Shown: positions 33,190 through 46,630, counted from the whole stretch's first letter. The stretch: 63,478 nucleotides of DNA, filler included, from Phoronis australis (GCA_002633005.1; 4 parts of 4 records of this genome joined end to end with filler, not necessarily neighbours in it), one strand, 5' to 3'. The notes: a model not told the origin generated them from the letters alone. Numbers and translations: made by a program.

Positions 33190-34599
33190 CTTGTATACAA
33201 GTCGACCAGCTCTTACAATATCGTTCAGTAACATTTATGTACATAATAATTTTGGATAACAACTATTTTGTGATCTATTATAAATACAACTAAACCCTAA
33301 TTTACCGATTTCACCCAAATCGGTGAAAGTTACCTAGACGCAAGACACTCGCGAGCAAAGCCATAAGTGTGACACGTGTTTCGCGCGAAATGTATCTCGA
33401 AATCTTGCAAAGACTTGCGTGACCTTGCTCATCAGTTGCAAGTGTATTGCGTGTACAGCACACAGCTTAGGCTCTGTCACCTGCTTAGGCATATTTTTTT
33501 CCTTCCGTGGCAAAAGCCTGACACGGTCACCCACAGCTGTGGTAATACTCATTGCGGACATATATCTAAGTAACTTCGTAGACTAGGGTCTTCAGACTTC
33601 CTGCTAACTTTAGAGGGTTGGTAGCGGCCATAGCGCATTGATTCTCTTTGTAGAATGAATCGTTTGTTTAACAGGTAAAATATAAAGACTAACACAGAGA
33701 AAATGTTAAAATAGGTCCATTTTGATGAAGACTCTAGTTTAGTATTATTTTAATGTGACCCAGTCTCTAAGAAAGCCTGCATGACGTTTGTACACTCTAG
33801 CTTGTTTGCATACACTGTGCTGTCCAATGAAAACGTGTTGCAGTCAAATCTTTCGTGTAAAATATGGAGCAGTCACCTATGTAAAGCCCGAGATCGTGCC
33901 TTTTTGTTCATTATTAGTTGTTTGACTATACTTGTACAACGGTTGCATTCATTTTATCGTGTGGACTGTGTTCCAGTGCTACAGTGTAGGTGAAATTATT
34001 GTCCACCCATGTGTGAATAATTTGAATGAATTCCCCCCGGGTGTACATATAGTTTCAAACTAGTGGACATAATTTTAATATTGCTGAAAACAAAATAAAA
34101 TAAAATAAAATAGCGGTGATACTTTCAGGCCACAGTACCAATTGACTGGTCTTTAAATAACACTGAACTCGCCAGTCGAAGACCGTGCTTCCTATCCGAA
34201 AGAAAACATTTCAGACAACATTGGGTCTTACTCGAATATAAACCCATGCGTTAATACGAGCCACTTTACTGAGTGCGGATATGTGCGTAAATAGCCTGTC
34301 AACGTCTGCCTTTCTGTCATTTAATTTTGAAAATTAATAATAAATTAGCTCAGTTACGTCGGCCACAGCGTTTTTGTTGTCAAATTCGACTCACAGTTGC
34401 CAAAGATGCGCCTGCACATATTGATAGTAAAACAAGGTACATGTACAATGTATATATTACCGCGGAAATTGTATTAACCTGCGCAAAATAGGCCTAAAAT
34501 ATGCAGTTTTTTCTGTTTCGTTTGCTTTCAGAAATTGTCTTGGGCGCGTGCGTGCTATTGATTACTTTGTGAGGACACATGCGCACTTTTCTAATATTG

Positions 34600-35277
34600 T
34601 GTGACGGGAGCGCCGTCTATTGATGGAGCCGTGAGTGAGGACGAGTCGTCAGTTTAGTTTCAGAAACTAGAGTGTGTTATTATATTTTAAAGGGGTGTAA
34701 GATGGTCAATTCCTTATATGGAACTTCCGATGACGAAATTTTTAGTTCTATTCTGATTGGTTTTCATATTTATCTTGGGACCCTATTTTAGCGTAATTTG
34801 GAACATTCGCGGTGCGAATACGCGCCTATAAAAATGGGCCCCTCACGCTAAAACTTCGCCGGGATTTTGCCGGGTCTGGACTCTATCCGCAAGGAATCCC
34901 AACCAAGCAACCTAACTGTTTGGGCCTTTTAAATTTGGACTTAGACGTTTTTAGCGAATTCTTCTTGTTTATAAATTCTTTGGGTTAAAAGTTAAAGCTG
35001 CGATGTCTACGGAAGTTCTTTAGCGATGAGTTGTAAGTTTGTAGATTGGTGTTTCATACATGTACATGTATATATTGCATAATAAAAAAGTTCAGTATAT
35101 TTATCTTCTTCTCTCTTGTTTCACTCTCTATAAGTTGTCACCATGGTTCTCTTAATGCGATTCGAACGAGTGAAAAAGTACACAACGCTGCAAATAATTT
35201 AATCGGCAACTAACAGTTGACATTTTAGAACTGAACTTAGTAGATCAGTGCTGGTCGCTCCACTGATTCCCGTTACA
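34600..35277 (+). mobile_element. Solo LTR (family A) with 4-bp TSD ATTG
   Basis: ATTG|TGTGACGGGAG...TTCCCGTTACA|ATTG; CCTATAAAA and AATAAA inside; homologous to 19934-20598. Confidence 0.85.
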
Positions 35278-35448
35278 ATTGCAACGTTCTATTTTAATGA
35301 AATTTCATTTGAAAGCATACTCTTTTGAAAATTAAAATTGGTAATCGTTAGTCAAGACTATGAGCCAACCCGAGTCCTATTGACTGTAATGACAAACGCA
35401 CTTGCTCCCGAGCGCATTCTCTTGAAATTTCGCCTTTAGTGAACGTCC

Positions 35449-35607
35449 CAGGGTCGCATCCAGGCCTGACTCAGGGTGGGGGGCCAGGGTAGAGTATATG
35501 CCAGTATTTTGCTAGCCAGATATTCGCACCCCCGAAGTCCTTAATGGAATCTGGGAGAACTTTAGGGGGACCATGGGCCCCTTGGCCCCCCTCTAAATCC
35601 GCCTCTG
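35449..35607. mobile_element. MITE of the CAGGGGCGGATCC family (homologue at 53239-53398)
   Basis: Colinear ~160-bp copies sharing GGGGCCAGGG.AGAGTAT..GCCAG..ATTTTGC and ATGGAATCTGGGAGAA.TTTAGGGGG; related GATCCGCCACTG ends at 93, 41916 and 45387. Confidence 0.6.
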
Positions 35608-38107
35608 CGTCCACCGTCCCGCCCTGTTCGTTTGGGAGGAATACCAACTTATTATTGCTATAGGTGTCGCAGTAATCACAGCACGTGACTGTATCAACAC
35701 GGAAGTCGAGGACTGTACAATTTCCGGGTGTAATGTGACATAGAGTTGTTGAGGACTTTTTGACAGTTTCAGCATGCATCTAAGCTGTCATGGGATGTCC
35801 CAGTTGATCCTTTTAACGTCTCTGTGAAGCTACATGTAAGTTATGAATTCCGTGGCTGAAAGATCGGTGTGCTCTCGTCCTTTTTACTCTTAGTCTTAGT
35901 GCCAAAAACAAATCGGTCTGGTATCACTCAGGGAATGTCAAAACCAGGAGTCTGCACTGCCTGGCCCCTGGCCTTAAGTCACCCGAGGTCGGGACGTCTG
36001 TTATGCACTATTAATGTTCATGGGGTGCGTCCTCCTGTATTGAAACTCCCCTGCTGGTGTTACTACTTCTAGTAGTAAAGTAAAGGAAACTTTCCTGGAG
36101 CTCTGTCAAGTTCATAACCACCCTTCCTGGCCAAGGTCTCTATATTTGCAATAATTAAGAAATTGTAAATTATGAAGTAACACACAAGGCTGTTAGATGA
36201 AACTGGTTCACTAAATCAGAGCACTCTATATCCAGTGGGTGTACTAATGCTGGTAGTACTAGTAGAAGTAGTATTCAGCATCAATGAACAGATGAAGAAA
36301 CCCAGTCCTGCTGAGGCTGAGGTGAGTACCTGCCTCAATGCTGCCTAATATTCCAAAACACTGGGCCTAGGGTATTATGTATTGTTTTAAACTCTACTCC
36401 ACATTCAGGACAGCGACATTCACTTAGTGGCTAGTTTCACATTTACCCTACTTAACTCAAAAACAGTTTTATGTCCTAACTGCTAACAGGTATCAAATAC
36501 ACAATGATGATCGCTCTTATTCTCATCGGATTCCACATTGTTGACCAACTTTCAAGAGAAGAGAGGACTTGAGGGGGCTGTTTTTTATTTATTTGATCAA
36601 ATGTGTTGACAAATTTTACATCTTAGTGTATATGTCCATAGGCTTAACCGAAGTGATGGTTTCATCCAAAAGGTGTATTTTGATTAATTAGTATACGTTT
36701 CACTCCATATTAATGTAATTTTAACCACTTGCAAACGACCAGGGTTAACAAACACAGAGTTTAACTAGAAATTCAGAGTGTACGTACATCCCTCACACTC
36801 ACTCAACTTACATTGAGTTGTCTGGCAAAAAGTTCTTAGAAGATATCATAATGTATTGTACTTCACAAACATTCCACTAAATGATCATATAAAACTAAAA
36901 TAATTTATTTAAAGTTCACAGAAATGTTAAAAAATCTTTTTTTTTAATTCAAGTTCTGTGTGTACGTCCGTCACACCCCTTTTGAAGCATTTTTCTCAGT
37001 CAGACAAAAAGATAAATCAAAAGTTAATCCGTGCATTGAAAGCTACCATGAGACCTGGCAATTGAGGTACTATCAATTAATTCGCTAGGATGAATATTTG
37101 TTTCACAATTGATCAAAAATGTTCTCAGATTGTACCTCCCTCTCAAATGGAATTGCACTTCAAATAAATTCTATTAATATTGCACACTGGAAAAAACAAA
37201 ATTAAAGAGGCATTGTTTAGAATAAAGGCATGTCAGCCTAAATGTGCACATACATGGGAGGGCACGTAGAAGGTACCCTTAACTGTTGTGCAACACACTT
37301 GTTTGTTATGTGTCCACATATTTACATGTATATGTGGTCGCATATTGCCGTCATCTCTGTCTGGGCGTCTGGCGTCCATAGCTGTATCTCCTAAAACATC
37401 TGTTAGTGAGATGATGCCGTCCTCCCGTTTTCGATGGATTCGCGGTACTTTGTGCCACCCAGTGGCCATTTTTCCTATTTTCGAATCTGCGTTTGGCGTC
37501 TGCCCTTCTATCAACCAATACGCTCTAGGCTAGGGATGATTTTGAAAATTGTCATATATGATCTTACTGTGAAGATGGCTGTTGACAATTATTTACCAAT
37601 GACTTTGAATACTGTGGCGCCTCATAGTGGAAGTTTTGTTTGTTTTTGCGCCCATGGCTGTATCTCCTAAATACTGTTTAGGATATTTATTGAATTTTGT
37701 TAGTGTGCTTAAAAAATCTGGGTGATCAATAACCCACTGTTACCTTCATGTAGGTTATGTAAGAAAATTTTTGTAAAAACCATGGTTGTCTCTTGGCAGG
37801 TTGTGGGTTAGGGAGAATTGAATAGCATATATTTAGATTGGGTTGCACAGTGTCTAATAATTATTAAATGAATGTTATCATATGTAACACTTGTCTTTCT
37901 CCCAACAAGTGAAACTCTGATTCATGTTCTTATTAGTTAATGGCATATCCATTGTAGGACACTAATACTTAAACACACAAATTATAAACCATTATCCAAC
38001 CGCATGACATAGGCTCATATCTGAAGCATGCCCTTTTAAGGTTATGCTGGACGCTAGAAAAATATCCAGCTAACTTTGTAACTTTGCATCTCAGAAATTG
38101 CTTTCAC

Positions 38108-38300
38108 ATTTATTTATTATTAATGTAATATTTACTGTGAGGGTAGCCCCATCAGTTCACACTGCTTTCCATGGGGGCCCTCAGTAAAAATATGTAAAGA
38201 CAATTAAAGACAAACTAACAGAATTACAAATTAGACAAAATTTAAATAATAAGTGATGAATAACATGGAAAAACTGAGGAAACAAAATGGATCATAAAAA
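38108..38300 (-). mobile_element. CR1/L2-type LINE 3' tail remnant
   Basis: Minus strand GAGGGCCCCCATGGAAAGCAGTGTGAACTGATGGGGCTACCCTC stem-loop followed by an (AAT/AAAT)n tail. Confidence 0.45.
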
Positions 38301-38429
38301 TGATAAATAGAACATACTTGTCGCATTATATCCAGGTTCTCATTGGGCCCCTTCATACAATATCACTAACTGAGACTAAGCGTAGTGTTTGCTAGTCAGT
38401 GTGTGACGTTAACTTTGTGTTGGTTCCAG

Positions 38430-40348
38430 AGCTTTAGTGCAGGTGGCTCAAGACCACAATGCCCAGTACATCTCTCATGGAGCCACAGGGAAGGAGAACG
38501 ATCAAATGCGCTTTAAACTCTGCTGTTACGCCTTGTACCCTAACTGTGAGGTAGGTGTGGGATGTCGGCTGATTATAACTTGGTGCAAAAAAGTAAAACA
38601 ATGCTGGTGTGATTTTTTACAGTAATATGAAAAAAATTAACAAATTAATATTTTCTATTTGAAAATCAACAAAACGATTGAGTGAAAATATTTCGTTTTT
38701 GTTAATATGATCAAGTCTTTACTTCTGAAGACTGCTGGACTTCAACACTGTTGTTAGGTTGTATTATATTAAGCATTGCAACGAGTAATTACCACCAATT
38801 TCAGCTACAGTAAATATTCTCTAGTTCAGAACTCTCGCAGAAATTTGGGACACGGATTTTCAAGCTGAAGTGACATTTTCTTGAGTCTGAAAATAGGGAC
38901 ATGGGCGATTTCACCTTTCATATTTTGTTTTCAATTTTGGGACACTGGGTTTTGCATTGAATCTGAAAGCTTTAAAAAAATATGAGCACAGCCCATAAAT
39001 CGCTTTTGTGTTGCCGGCATCCAGGTTCTCATTCACTCCCTTGCACACGTTCACTAGTGAGACCGAGCTCAGAGGAATAGGATACACCTTTGTGCAAAGC
39101 TCAAATCGCAGCCAGTGAAGCCAGCATTTGAACCCAGGTTTCCCTTGGGGAATCCAGTGCTCTAACCATTGAGTCACACTGTCTCCTCATTGAATCTGAA
39201 AGTCATTAGACTCGGATGTTTACAAAATTCTGGAAACTGGTCGTGACGCAACGTCTTCATCCATCCCCTTTGTGTGCAAAAGTGAATGGCATTTGTTGCC
39301 GACTGTGATTCGTGACTTTAGACAATATCCAGCCTTGAGCAAAATAATTGATTTTTCAAAGTTTTTTCCCAATCTGGAGAATTCCTGCTTTTTACGCGAT
39401 GGAACTTGAATGGCTGAAGTCAAAAGGCAAACCCTTCTAAATCTTGACCAACTAAAAATACCCTGCAAAAATCTTTATTAGGAATCATGACATGCATAAT
39501 AAACCAATCTTCCTACTAATGTGACGTTAATCTGCTAATAGCTGTTTAAGTGTTCTGCGCTGATTACTAAGTGCTAATTACACTGTGCTAATTACTCTGT
39601 GTGCTAATTATCCCGTGCCTAGTCCAAGCTTTGCCTCAGAGCAGCTTGTTCAATTTTGGAAGCCATTAACTGTCAGAGTCATTTGATATTTACCAGAAAA
39701 TCATTTTTTTTGATTTTGAGGTTCAAGTCCTCCGCCTTCGTCAACCCCTTCAGTTTAAATGTGTCCTCCATTTCAGTTTCTCCATGTTTAGTGCCATGTT
39801 GAATTGTTAGTTGATCTGACGCAGGTGATAGCTCCATGGAGGATGCCAGAGTTCTTCGAGCGGTTCAAAGGTCGAACTGATCTCCTTGACTATGCCGAAA
39901 AGAACAACATACCCCTACCGGTCACCAAGAGCTCCCCCTGGAGCATGGACGCAAATCTCATGCACATCAGGTACTATTTCTGCACAGGGTTATAGCTATA
40001 ACTCGTTAAGCCCCAAACGTGTTAAGAATTCTGCACTGTCTCATACCTCACCAGTCTAGTTTGGCATCTCGATTGGTTCGCTATCCTTAAATTCCTACCT
40101 AATCTTCACAGAAATCGGCCAACTTCAGCTGAGTTTATCTTTCCTTGGAGATTAACAATGGGTAATCAGGTGCAGAGTTGTCCATCATAAACATGTTGTA
40201 AACACTGGGACTACAACAATGGTGTCAATTCATAAGGCGTGATAAATTTAAGATTAGTTCTTTTTATTGTTGTTATTGTTTGTTGTTTATGGCATTACAG
40301 AGTAGGTTAACCTTTGCCCTTTGACATTTTCTCCATTAGTTATGAAGC
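38430..40348 (+). pseudogene. ASS1: Argininosuccinate synthase fragment: exons 38430-38550, 39825-39970 and stub 40340-40348; probably non-functional or mis-assembled
   Basis: ALVQVAQDHNAQYISHGATGKENDQMRFKLCCYALYPNCE / [49 protein letters not shown] / YEA; phases join correctly; no 5' exons found; conserved GKGNDQVRFE motif altered; third exon cut by an N. Confidence 0.85.
38990..39187 (-). mobile_element. tRNA-derived SINE head in the ASS1 intron
   Basis: Minus strand A-box TGACTCAATGG..AGAGCAC and B-box GGGTTCAAATGC at tRNA-like spacing; no complete cloverleaf. Confidence 0.45.
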
Positions 40349-40728
40349 NTGTAACTAAAGGTATTTGTAGTCCTGGCTCAGAAAGTAATTGTTTACTCAC
40401 AATGGATTAGTGAATAGCCTAGCCTAGAATGAGGCTTTCAGCTACTCCTGCCCTCTAGTGGCAATTATAGTTCATAGAGTTGTTGTAGCATATGACTTAA
40501 TAAATTTTTTGATAGCGTGTGACGCTTTATCTCTGATGTTTTGATAGTGTGTCGTGTGTGATACTTTATCTCTGAGGAGCCCTCAACAGCTCATTTATTT
40601 ATTCTTCGTTTCTCTGAATGCTACAGTTTTTAATAATATTTAGAGTCTACAGTAACTGTATTGGTTACTACTAAACAAAAAATGTACATATAAAGAGGTG
40701 CGTGACATCAATATTTATCTGTTTACAG

Positions 40729-40875
40729 GCGTGTGACATCCTTCAGGAAGAGAAGTTCTATCAAGCATTCAAGAAGAGTCAGCTCTACATTAAACTAGTC
40801 TGGCTGAACTGGATCTGCTGAGAGAGCCTGGACGAATGGTAGAGGATGTTGATATTGGAGACAATGGAGATAATG
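40729..40875 (+). pseudogene. SNX13: Orphan exon of sorting nexin-13-like gene (end of RGS domain), with a frameshift
   Basis: tttacag/gtatgt bounded; ACDILQEEKFYQAFKKSQLYIKL[+2 nt]LAELDLLREP resembles recalled SNX13 VYELMLRDERFYPSFRQNALYVRMLAELDMLKDP. Confidence 0.65.
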
Positions 40876-41224
40876 GTATGTAGTGAACAGTACATACTTG
40901 CTCTTTATGCACCCACATACTTTTATTGTCAGTAGCATCTGTCCAGCATCCATACATACTTGAATCTGTCTAGCATCCATCTGGCATCCACTGTTGTATC
41001 ACCAAAACCCTTGATACGTAGATGTTCGGGAAATTTTCACAACACAGATGGGATGGCATGAATGAATTTTCTGACAGATCCAACTACCGATGTGTCTTCT
41101 AGTAGCATTGTTAGTTTTTACGTTTGTCTCCATGTGTTCAAAGTTCCTTGATGGATGATCATTAAATTTAAGAAATAGGCGTGTATAACGACGCCTTCTT
41201 CGTTTTGGATGGATTTTATGTACC

Positions 41225-41324
41225 NNNNNNNNNNNNNNNNNNNNNNNNNNNNNNNNNNNNNNNNNNNNTTAATTAATTAANNNNNNNNNNNNNNNNNNNN
41301 NNNNNNNNNNNNNNNNNNNNNNNN
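41225..41324. other. Artificial scaffold linker N44-TTAATTAATTAA-N44
   Basis: Same 100-nt construct. Confidence 0.95.
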
Positions 41325-41929
41325 GGTCACTTTCTCAATGTGAGTGCCCCCTTGGCCATTCCTTGTATAGACATAACTTGTAATAGAGTGTGTCTTCAAA
41401 CGGACTCGCGACCAGACCACGGCGCCCGCCACAATAGCAATTCTTCCGAAAAAGATTTTTTTTTCAAAAATATTACATGCACATGGACACAATATTACAT
41501 GTACATGTACACTGTATGATATTGCGCAAGACAACTTCACTATACACCAGTTACAAACGTGTTGAGTGTAATAGAATGACACGGCATGACAGATGAGGTA
41601 AAAACGTTGCACGTCAATTCGCCTGGGTTGCGGCACCGCAGTATTTCCCCTAATCAAATCAAAATATATCTTAGAGTAAAGAAGCTAGTTACCTAAAGAA
41701 ATCAGCTATAGAACTGCTCTTTCAGCGGTGAATCCATCTAAAATGCTTGGCTACTTCAGAAGTGTCGCCGGAAGAGCGCGCACAATAAATCCCCGCGCGT
41801 TTTGCCGATGAGCCACAAAGACTCAGCAATTCACAATGCAAAAATCTATATTTTCAGAGTGAACCCCCCNNNNCCTGGCCCGAGGGGGGGGTTTAAACCC
41901 CCTGAACCCCCCGTAGATCCGCCACTGGA

Positions 41930-42077
41930 CCTCTGTCTTCTAGAAAGTTCCATACTATTCTGTAGTAAACAAATTACGTCATCACTTTACTTAACTTAGG
42001 GGTCATGTCAATCAAACAGAACAACAAAACAAAACAAAACAATACAACTAAAAACAGTGTCAGTCTATATTCTGACA
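41930..42077 (-). mobile_element. Truncated 5' end of LTR family B
   Basis: Reverse complement matches the first ~140 nt of the LTR at 51904 (TGTCAGAATATAG...TAGTATGGAACTTTCTAG). Confidence 0.75.
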
Positions 42078-42617
42078 TCCACCATATCAATAGCAGACGG
42101 AACATGGCCTCGGAAACTTAATTCCGAAGCCTGAGTTAGGTTATGACCCTGCAATAATTAATTACATGTTTTAGTGTCTTTATTTTCTGCCCGCCCGCCT
42201 ACTTGCGAAGATCGTTTCGGGAAATCCGGCATAGCACCAGAGGCTTAGCAGGATTGAATTCTTCAAAACATGGTTTAACATCCCAAAAAATTGCATCAAT
42301 CCACTTTATGCCGCAGTAGGCCTACAAACTTGAATCTACTGTTGCTGACACTGCATTTCAAGAAAAAATAACTTGATACTCTTCCCAAACCTGAAAATCC
42401 GTAAGGTTGATGCTTAACTGTAAAAGATTCCGTATTATCACGATTGCTAGTTATTTACTTTTGCATGGAAATCTTTCTGGGCACTCACTCAGAAATATGC
42501 TTCATGACTTATCAGTCTTTTGGTGGTATCCCTTGCCGACATGAATAACTCATAATTTACATACATTTGCAGATTTTCGCGTTGCTTGTCTTCAACGGTG
42601 TTAGATTATTGGCAGAC

Positions 42618-44069
42618 GTTTTTACACAACACTAAACAGTAGTGGCTAACAAGAGGTTCCACACCCTGGCCCTGGCGCGTGACTGATGACCGTGACGTTC
42701 CACTCCGGGTATTCTATTTGCCGTGCATGTAGGTCAGCCAGTGAGTGTGTTTTGCATTCTTGGACCAACGTGCGAGTCTGTTTGGACCAAGAGTCATCGA
42801 CGGAGACACGTACGAATTGACCTTGCACGAGGGTTAGATAAGTGCTTTGTCTGTGGCTTGCAGGTTTTCATCCCCACTCTCTTGTTACGGTCCAAGTCAA
42901 TGTCAGTTGTAGGCCTAAATCCAGAAAATTTTGAGGAAGATCTGACAAAAGAATAGCTGCCAACATTCGAAAAGGAATTGAAAAAGTGCAGTCGGACACC
43001 ACGATCTAGACCATATCGCAAGGGGAAATGTCCGCTGCAACCGACATCCCAATAACACCCCGACGGCGCACACTTAGTGTTTTTGCAGTGCCCGCGAAAT
43101 GAAACTCGGAGATAGGGGTATATCGCGTGGAAAAATACGAAAGTATTCGGAAACAGGTATATTCCTTCACGTGTGCCACAACACGGGAAATTCGAATGCT
43201 GTGGCGTGATGCGCGACAGCGTTTCAAAAAGGAGACGGTCGGACCTCCATGAAAAGCGNTGTTCAGTCCCCGGCGGTCCTGTTTTCTGGTGGAGCGGTCA
43301 TGTTTTTAGGTGCGTCAGTCCCATTTTCTGGTGCGACGGTCCCATTTGATCCCCGGAGGTCCTGTTTTGGGGGAGGCGGTCCGATTTAAGAGGACCGGCG
43401 GTCATGTTGTTTCTCACCCGTGGTTTTTACACAACACTAAACAGTAGTGGCTAACAAGAGGTTCCACACCCTGGCCCTGGCGCGTGACTGGTGACCGTGA
43501 CGTTCCACTCCGGGTATTCTATTTGCCGTGCATGTAGGTCAGCCAGTGAGTGTGTTTTGCATTCTTGGACCAACGTGCGAGTCTGTTTGGACCAAGAGTC
43601 ATCGACGGAGACACGTACGAATTGACCTTGCACGAGGGTTAGATAAGTGCTTTGTCTGTGGCTTGCAGGTTTTCATCCCCACTCTCTTGTTACGGTCCAA
43701 GTCAATGTCAGTTGCAGGCCTAAATCCAGAAAATTTTGAGGAAGATCTGACAAAAGAATAGCTGCCAACATTCGAAAAGGAATTGAAAAAGTGCAGTCGG
43801 ACACCACGATCTAGACCATATCGCAAGGGGAAATGTCCGCTGCAACCGACATCCCAAATAACACCCCGACGGCGCACACTTAGTGTTTTTGCAGTGCCCG
43901 TGAAATGAAACTCGGAGATAGGGGTATATCGCGTGGAAAAATACGAAAGTATTCGGAAACAGGTATATTCCTTTACGTGTGCCACAACTCGGGAAATTCG
44001 AAATCAATGCTGTGGTGTGATGCGCGACAACGTTTCAAAAAGGAGACGGTCGGACCTCCATGAAAAGCG
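42618..44069. repeat. About 640-bp direct duplication (42618-43258 / 43423-44069) split by a single N; likely two haplotypes
   Basis: Near-identical copies with a few SNPs/indels; the first ends at the n at 43259. Confidence 0.75.
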
Positions 44070-46630
44070 ACTGAGTTGGCAAGTACCCAAAGGGAACTTA
44101 ACTGTCTTCCATTGCATGACGTGAAGATATAAGATATCGTGTGGCACAAAGGAATCTATGGTTTTCACGAAAGAATGTAGGCCTAACCCCAGAGACTGCG
44201 TGCCCGCACCTTCAGCCACTCTGGTCGTCACATTCAGAAATTTTACAGCTCTACATCCTCTTTCTGGTCGCCACAATATTCATCAGACCTCCTACCCCGG
44301 AAGAAAATAATCTTTTACATGGTCCTGCAGCCACGAAGCAGGCTCTGCACATCCGGCACTAGTTGCCTGACGTGTAGTGCGGTGAGGGGCGTAGCCGCTG
44401 TGCCCACCTATTTGCTATGGTGATTTGTTGCTCAACAGAAAAACTACAAATACATTTTTATGAACAGTCTGACAAAAATTGCGAGGGTGAAACTTCCTGA
44501 AGTTTGGTCTTTACGTAGACTTTGCCAGCGCTCCGAACACCTCATGAACTTACTACCTTATCCACTGAAGTGATTGGTCATCGAACGCTAAATAACGTGG
44601 GATTTAATTCAGTTCGCCGCCAGTGCAAGCAAATGTCTTGCGATTTATGGAACTCAACTTCGGATAAAGCCAATAGGCGGCACTCGATGGTGTTCTTCAT
44701 GTTCATGAACGTAGGCCTACTCATTCGGCAAAATGGTTCTTTGAGTATTGTTTTGTGTGCTGATATGTGCTATTATACCATCGCGCGTTATCAATCGCGG
44801 CAACGCTCTCGGACAAGAAACGCCATATTAGTACCCAGTACCTTTGTTGGTGTAAACATGTGCTTAATCTACGCGTTACTATGCTTAATCTATACGTATA
44901 TTAGCTGTTAAACGGTCATCGTTCTGCTCTTAATCAGTAAAATTAACGGCGCCATCACTCATGTGGTCACTTGATAAGGTTCTGCAACATTCCCCAAAAG
45001 GTGCCATGCACCCATATAGAAAGTTTTCCGCCATTTTGAGATTTGAGAACACGTGCGTGATTGAATGTAGGCCTTGATAAAAGCAAAAGTACGTGTTGAT
45101 TAAGAGCAGAACAATGAGAGGTTTAAGAACTAAAAGTCTAACGCATAGATTAAGCAAAAGTACGCGTAGATTAAACACATTTCTATTACACAGAAAGGTA
45201 CTCGTTTCATAGGCGGATTTAGGGGAACCCTCCCTTGGCTGCCGCAAGCAAAACTTGAAACAGCAAGAGCGTGAAGCGTGAAAAAATATTGAGTTCAGCT
45301 AGTAGCGGATGAAGGGGGGGGGGNNNNNNNNNNNNNNNNNNNNNNNNNNNNNNNNNNNNNNNNNNNNNNNNNNNNATGGTATCCCAGATCCGCCACTGCG
45401 TTTTAGAACCTTCGACACTTCATACTCGTATCAGCGATCCAAGCATGCCTGCTACAGTACACAATGCCTACTGGTTACCCTATATTCGTACATGTGCGTG
45501 TATGCTACGTTAAATATACAGTGTATTGTCGTAATCATATTGATGCATTTTTCGGTAACGGATGTCCAAGGAACTATAATATGCAAAGAAGTATATTTAT
45601 GACAAGAGCCAGTTGTTAAATAAAGAAACGTGTTAACAAAATTGTGCAGAGTTCACCACTTTGAACGACGCAATTCACTGCGAGTAAACCTAATTCGGTA
45701 GGAAATGTCAGCTCGATATCTCCAGAAAGAAGCTGCTCCATGGCTTTTCTTTGTTTTGTACCGATGTTTAGGTGGCGGATCTGCAGGCCCCAGTCGATTT
45801 GATGACTTCGACATGATTTTCAAGGTCACAGCTTGAAAAACAAGTTTTAACGTAGAAAATGTTGGTGCGATATCTCAAGAATGCTGCTGACACGTGTAGT
45901 GTCGTCATGTTATGTAGGCCTACGGTACCATTTGAATAATAAAAATAAGATTCCCTAAAAATTCACACTTTCCTATGTTAGAGATTGGGTATTGGCTGGT
46001 GGTCTTCCCTGCAGTTGTCGTATAACTCACCTAAAGCGTAGGTCACGCATTCCTATTAGGCAGACTTAGAAAGCACTGAGTTATCAACATTTGCTCCAAA
46101 CTTTTGAGGGTTGTGTAGAATTACAAAGCATTATTTCCTTTCGGAGAGCTTGTTGGAAGGTCGTTTTTTGATATCTGTCCAAAGGTTAAAACCGGGCTTG
46201 GTACCCTTTAAACTAGACAGGTTTTCCGCGGAAAGCCTTATTACATTTGGCCGCTTTTGTGAGCACCCATAATGCATTAGTCAGGTGTCACTCACTACTC
46301 CAGTCAGTTAAGGCGCATCACCAAAATAAAAATCAAATTAAAAATGCACAAGTTTACTCGAAGCCTGACGTGCAATTGGTCGACTTTCTCGTTTAGTTTT
46401 GACAACAGAGATTAGACCCTAGGCACTTACGGTAACCACTATTTACCCCGCAGATCAAACAGTGCACTTTGAAACAAACGGTGCAGTCGCTACTGAGAAA
46501 AAATTCCAGTATTTCGAAGAAACATTTAATTTAAATACTTAAATTTCAACGTAAAGTTCTTTGAATCTATTGAATAGATGTTTGTCGTCACCCCACGCGC
46601 GTACTACGTCACGAGAAAATTATGTATATT

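Noticed and set aside
42618-44069. Biological tandem duplication
   Set aside because: It ends at a lone N with only scattered differences, the pattern expected of uncollapsed haplotypes.
43669-44310. Quasi-open frame with Cys spacing loosely like a neurotrophin/Spaetzle cystine knot (KQVYSFTC...QCCGV) 2.3 kb from the TLR
   Set aside because: Three in-frame stops, key cysteines missing, and another frame is about equally open. It would need an HHpred hit to be credible.
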